Virus record (IMG/VR): IMGVR_UViG_3300044611_001416
Strand: one strand, 5' to 3'
Length of the DNA: 64,000 nucleotides
Origin: an uncultured virus (IMG/VR IMGVR_UViG_3300044611_001416)
Taxonomy: Duplodnaviria > Heunggongvirae > Uroviricota > Caudoviricetes
Both the position numbers and the translations under genes were made by a program. The notes under the pieces are model-generated. The model was not told where the DNA came from, did not search any database, and saw nothing but the letters and a program-made list of their open reading frames with translations. This document shows positions 59,660 through 64,000 of this stretch, piece after piece. How positions within the stretch are numbered: the stretch's first letter is position 1; each line of letters opens with the position of its first letter.

Positions 59660-60637
59660 ATGGATAAAAATTTAAGATTTGTATGTGCCCAACCTGATGT
59701 ACCATATTTTTATTGGCAAGTTAGGGTGTACGTTGAAAATTTTATAGAAAAAGGTATTTTACCAAACCAAATACATGTTATTTTTGGTATAGTAACACCA
59801 AATACCGAACCAACTTCAGATTCGTTAAAATTAAAAGAATTGGGAATTAATATCCATCATTATTTAGACGACAGAGAACAAAAACATTATATTCCAAACA
59901 TTAAGCCATTTTTAATTCATAAATGGTTAAAGGAATTCCCTCAACACGGAGAATGTTTTTTCTTACATGATGCTGATATAATTTTTAGAGAATTACCTGA
60001 TTTTAAAACATTAATGGAGGATGATGTTTTATATCTTTCAGATACTGTTGGTTATATTGGGTTTAATTACATTATGGATTGTTGTAAAAGATATGAATCT
60101 CATCACCCACAATCTAAACAAGGGCAATTACTACAAGAAATGGTTGATGTTATTGGTGTTACGACCGAATGTGTTGAATGTAATGAAAATAATTCAGGCG
60201 GTGGTCAATATTTGATTAAAAAAACAGATTGGATGATTTGGGAAAAAATCTATATGGATTGTGCGCCACTATATGACCAAATGATGGATTACCAAAAACG
60301 TTTCCCAATAAACCAAGGTGAAATACAATTTTGGACTGCAGAAATGTGGTCTTTATTATGGAACTTATGGTATTTTGGAAAAGAAACTAAAGTAGTTAAA
60401 GATTTAGATTTTTCATGGGCAACCGACTCAATTTCTATTTACGAACAAAGACCAATACTTCATATGGCAGGAGTAACTTCAGATATGAAAACAACTAAAT
60501 TTTATAAAGGTGATTTTATTAATGTTAATCCATTAATTAAGTTAACGGAAAATTTTGAATATTTTGATTATGTTGAAGAACATAGTTCTACAAAAAAATA
60601 TATAGATGTTATGAAATCTATAGTAAAAAAACAATAA
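59660..60637 (+). CDS. GT-A glycosyltransferase resembling HPAT/SERGT1 protein O-glycosyltransferases
   Basis: YFYWQ, YIPNIKPFLIHKWL, DxD in FLHDADIIF, GGGQYLI, WTAEMWS, ILHMAG. Confidence 0.7.
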   Translation: MDKNLRFVCAQPDVPYFYWQVRVYVENFIEKGILPNQIHVIFGIVTPNTEPTSDSLKLKELGINIHHYLDDREQKHYIPNIKPFLIHKWLKEFPQHGECFFLHDADIIFRELPDFKTLMEDDVLYLSDTVGYIGFNYIMDCCKRYESHHPQSKQGQLLQEMVDVIGVTTECVECNENNSGGGQYLIKKTDWMIWEKIYMDCAPLYDQMMDYQKRFPINQGEIQFWTAEMWSLLWNLWYFGKETKVVKDLDFSWATDSISIYEQRPILHMAGVTSDMKTTKFYKGDFINVNPLIKLTENFEYFDYVEEHSSTKKYIDVMKSIVKKQ

Positions 60638-60663
60638 TCTGATTATTTATAGTATAAATAACA

Positions 60664-62052
60664 ATGACTAACACGACATCTTTACTTCAACAAAAAAACG
60701 AATGTGATGTAATTACAATATTTCCAATGACCGTTGAGTGTTTAGTTAACAATCCGTCATCACAAAATGCGACTGATGGAGGTTTATCTATTTCTATAAC
60801 AGGAGGAACACCACCATACATAGTTGCTTGGAGTAATGGTAATATATCTCCGGCAATTAATAATTTAGGTGCTGGTAGTTATACGGCAATAGTTACTGAC
60901 TATTCTTGGTCAGGGAGTGGTCCTGATTATACGGCAACTACAACATGTGTGTTAACCGCACCTATAACACCTACAACTACAACCACAACAACGGTTGCTC
61001 CTGTATTACTCTATGATATTTGTTTAACAGTGTATAAACAACCAAGTAATTATCAAATACACTTTAACCCTAATGGTATATATAATGGTATCTATAGTAG
61101 TGGTTATCAATCATGGATATCAGATGACTCAGTATACCAAATTGTTTGGGGTACACTATACCAGTCATGGACTGTAATTCCGCCCCCAACAAATCCTGGT
61201 TATTATTTACTATCACCCTCACCATATCCACCTTTAACGGGATGGTATATAAATGGTGCGTTAGGAACTGTTGTATCAAATCAAGGTCTTTGTGTACCGT
61301 TACCAAGTAACCCGTCATTTACATATTCACTTACTCAACCAACTTGTATATGTGATGGTAATATAATTATAACGGCTTCTAATGGAACACCACCATATCA
61401 GTACTCAGTTGATAATGGAGTGACATTCACTAGTAATTCAGGGCTCTTCACAGGAAAATGTCCTGGAACTTATAGTTTACAAATTAAGGATTCGTTAAAT
61501 AATTTAAGTACTGTTTCTACGGCTACCTTAAATAATTTTATTGGAATAACAACATATACTCTTAGTTTGTCACCAGTATCTATTACAACGGTAAACAATA
61601 ACACAACTGTAACAAAACAATATACTTGTACCGTAAATGTTTCACCACCAATCCCTGTTGGAACAACAATTACGTTTGATGCACAACACATAAATGTGCT
61701 TGGTAGAGGGCCTGCCTCAACTGACGCAACTATTGTGACTAATAGTGTTTTAACTAAAAATTCAACAGTAATACCAATAACTTCAAGCCCGTCATCAAGT
61801 AATACTACCACACAATTAGGTGCCGGTTGTCAATCGGCGCCAATACATAATACAACCCAAACTGATAACTGGATTTCGGTATCAATGACAAATGGTGATA
61901 CCATGGTTATTAATACCACAACAACTATGACTAAAATACAACCAGTACCTCATTGTTTCTTTGCGGATTTCGGTGACACATTTTTTGCAGTAAATGGGGT
62001 TATTAATGGATGTAGTTGTTGTACGTTAATTATGCCAAATAAAGCGGTATAA
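60664..62052 (+). CDS. SprB-repeat / Thr-rich fibre-associated protein
   Basis: GGTPPYIVAWSNG..NLGAGSYTAIVTD, NGTPPYQYS; PITPTTTTTTTVAP. Confidence 0.7.
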   Translation: MTNTTSLLQQKNECDVITIFPMTVECLVNNPSSQNATDGGLSISITGGTPPYIVAWSNGNISPAINNLGAGSYTAIVTDYSWSGSGPDYTATTTCVLTAPITPTTTTTTTVAPVLLYDICLTVYKQPSNYQIHFNPNGIYNGIYSSGYQSWISDDSVYQIVWGTLYQSWTVIPPPTNPGYYLLSPSPYPPLTGWYINGALGTVVSNQGLCVPLPSNPSFTYSLTQPTCICDGNIIITASNGTPPYQYSVDNGVTFTSNSGLFTGKCPGTYSLQIKDSLNNLSTVSTATLNNFIGITTYTLSLSPVSITTVNNNTTVTKQYTCTVNVSPPIPVGTTITFDAQHINVLGRGPASTDATIVTNSVLTKNSTVIPITSSPSSSNTTTQLGAGCQSAPIHNTTQTDNWISVSMTNGDTMVINTTTTMTKIQPVPHCFFADFGDTFFAVNGVINGCSCCTLIMPNKAV

Positions 62053-62081
62053 TAAAATAAAAATTAAGGATATTTATAAAC

Positions 62082-64000
62082 ATGACTTATATATTAAAAA
62101 ATACATCGGGATTAATTAATACTAGATTAACAGACACTGGAAGACAAAAATTATCTCAAGGTAATTTTAACATCGAGTATTTTCAAATTGGTGACGGAGA
62201 AGTTTCATATAACTCTTTACCAAGTTCATATAATCAAGCTAATACAAACATATTTGAACCTAATTTTAATTCACAAAATTCAGCACCAACACAATCAAAT
62301 AAACAATATGTAAAATATCCTTATTATGTTGATGGTGTAACAGGTAATACTTATGGTATTCCTTATTCAGAACCTGTGGTTTCTCCTGTATATAACCGAG
62401 CGGCAATGAGAGGATTTTTTACGGGAGACCTTAGTGCGACAACAATTAATTGGAGTGCAATTACAAATAGTTCTCATGTTATTAATTCTAATTATGTTGT
62501 TGATATGTCAGTATTAACTGGCGGTACCACGATTATGTTAATTTATTCAGGTTGTAACACCAATATTGTTAGAATGCCTGCTATAGGTGATTTATTAACA
62601 ATCTATTATGATGGTAATGGTGACCACAATTGTGCCTGTAGTACTTACCCAACGCCAAGCCCAACACCTTCACCAACCCCAACTCCAACCCCATCATATG
62701 ACCCTTGTATCTTACCACCAACCCCAACTCCGTCACCAACATTTTGTCCAATAACACCGACACCAAATTGTGACCCTGTTGTGGAACCAGAATGTCTTAT
62801 GGATATGAGTAGTTGTTACCCAATGATGACATATAAAATTGTCGATATTTGTTTAGGTGTTTACACATTAGATAGGCCAACACCTAATTTTTCAGGAAGT
62901 TCAAATGTTTGTTATGCGAGAACTATCGTATATCCGCCAAATATGACATCACTTTATGATACACTAACACCATGTAAACATTGGAATGAGGATGTTATTA
63001 ATTTTGAGTCTGTTTGTTATACAGATGAGTTTGATGTTAAAATTTGGAATATGAATATTCCATGGTCGGAAAATCCTGCGGGGTTAATTCCGACAATAAA
63101 TGAAGGATTTGCGGATTTTGGTTCAGCGACATATATCGGGTCAAAAGAATATTTGGGTTATATGTCGAATAGTGGGCAGACTGACAGCAGTTCAGTATAC
63201 TACTACAACTCTTTCGATGAAAAAGTTACTGTACAACCAAAAGACCAAAAATCTATTGCCATTATTCACTATACAAATCAAAGTATTGATTTCTTTTATG
63301 GTGAAAAATTTGCATTAGAACCTTATGACCCTACGGCGCCTGCTAATACTATTGGGCAAGCAAGAAACTTTAGACTACATATTCCATGGCTTATGTGGCA
63401 TAAAAATCCTGAATGTTGTTTAGGTGAAACTTTTTGGGTTGACCCTCCAGGGTATGACGGATTAAATTTATTTCAAGTACAATACTTGAAATCTACTAAG
63501 AATGCGGATATGAATAACCCTGGTATGAGATACTACCAATTATGGGATACTAATACAAATGATGACGGGTTCCCAAGTAGAGTTGGTAAAGTTTTCCCTG
63601 ACCAAAAAATTATAGTGATTGATGATGAAGAGATTATTGCTGCTATGTCTTATAAATCAAATCGTAATTGGACTCTACCTTCACCAAAACTTACTTTAGT
63701 TGCACCAAATACATGTGGTACTGATAATACTTCATATATTGGTGTGTTAACAGGTGATACTGAGTATATGTATGTGACTTATAGAATTAGTAATACGATT
63801 AATTTTACTAATTCATTACATTGTAACTATTATACTAGAATACAAGGTCCAAATTTAACTTGTATACCAAGTGCGTCGCAAAACGTGTCAATTAGGTTTG
63901 GTCCGGAGTTTGGTTGTTTAAATCAACCAGATTATACACCAACAACTACAACAACTACAACTACAACAACATTATGTCCATCTGTTTGTTATACGCCACA
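62082..64000 (+). CDS. Tail fibre / collar-like protein with Pro-Thr and poly-Thr tracts (partial, runs off window; not in ORF track)
   Basis: MTYILKNTSGLINTRLTDTGRQKLSQGNFNIEYFQIGDGE resembles tail-collar fibre N-termini; TATTTATA at 62071-62078; no stop seen before 64000. Confidence 0.7.
   Translation, partial: MTYILKNTSGLINTRLTDTGRQKLSQGNFNIEYFQIGDGEVSYNSLPSSYNQANTNIFEPNFNSQNSAPTQSNKQYVKYPYYVDGVTGNTYGIPYSEPVVSPVYNRAAMRGFFTGDLSATTINWSAITNSSHVINSNYVVDMSVLTGGTTIMLIYSGCNTNIVRMPAIGDLLTIYYDGNGDHNCACSTYPTPSPTPSPTPTPTPSYDPCILPPTPTPSPTFCPITPTPNCDPVVEPECLMDMSSCYPMMTYKIVDICLGVYTLDRPTPNFSGSSNVCYARTIVYPPNMTSLYDTLTPCKHWNEDVINFESVCYTDEFDVKIWNMNIPWSENPAGLIPTINEGFADFGSATYIGSKEYLGYMSNSGQTDSSSVYYYNSFDEKVTVQPKDQKSIAIIHYTNQSIDFFYGEKFALEPYDPTAPANTIGQARNFRLHIPWLMWHKNPECCLGETFWVDPPGYDGLNLFQVQYLKSTKNADMNNPGMRYYQLWDTNTNDDGFPSRVGKVFPDQKIIVIDDEEIIAAMSYKSNRNWTLPSPKLTLVAPNTCGTDNTSYIGVLTGDTEYMYVTYRISNTINFTNSLHCNYYTRIQGPNLTCIPSASQNVSIRFGPEFGCLNQPDYTPTTTTTTTTTTLCPSVCYTP
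62648..62766 (+). repeat. Pro-Thr/Ser tract
   Basis: [39 protein letters not shown]. Confidence 0.85.
63936..63971 (+). repeat. Poly-Thr tract
   Basis: TP followed by about ten Thr codons (ACA/ACT). Confidence 0.85.

Noticed and set aside
969..63318. Many short ORFs in the track nested within or antisense to long genes (e.g. 969-1505, 15239-15544, 16201-16575, 31388-31738, 41399-41731, 61470-61811)
   Set aside because: Shadow frames of well-supported genes, with no recognisable motifs
1..64000. Stop-codon reassignment as seen in some large phages
   Set aside because: Genes are full length in the standard code, and TGA/TAG end genes at sensible positions (e.g. 690, 15869, 16898, 42740)

Overview
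AT-rich, densely coding segment of a large T4-like (myovirus-type) tailed phage genome, read with the standard bacterial code. No tRNA, rRNA, CRISPR array or intact mobile element was seen. Order of modules: (1) 2OG-Fe(II) oxygenase and family-B DNA polymerase; (2) a minus-strand block with a neck protein, a Mn/Fe superoxide dismutase carrying a long C-terminal fusion, and a SNF2-type helicase; (3) neck, tail completion, sheath, tube, tail chaperone, tape measure and very large baseplate/hub genes; (4) an inserted replication block (SSB, RecA/UvsX, 5'-3' exonuclease, DnaB-like helicase, class Ia RNR); (5) baseplate wedge and fibre/adhesin genes with SprB-like repeats. SprB-like repeats, A-rich leaders without Shine-Dalgarno motifs and the RNR type suggest a Bacteroidota host (inference). 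The most interesting candidate is a phage-encoded virion O-glycosylation system. A glycosyltransferase resembling plant HPAT/SERGT1 protein O-glycosyltransferases sits among fibre genes carrying mucin/extensin-like Pro-Thr and poly-Thr tracts, a similar tract is inserted in the tail sheath, and a possible prolyl hydroxylase lies at the window start. Other signals: a candidate +1 frameshift in the tail chaperone, a TATTTAT promoter motif before most genes, an identical GAAAGTAAAG-N20-TATTTAT element before sheath and tube next to a small RHH-like gene missing from the ORF track, and an HNH-endonuclease-like remnant. All functional calls come from motif recognition by eye; no searches were run.
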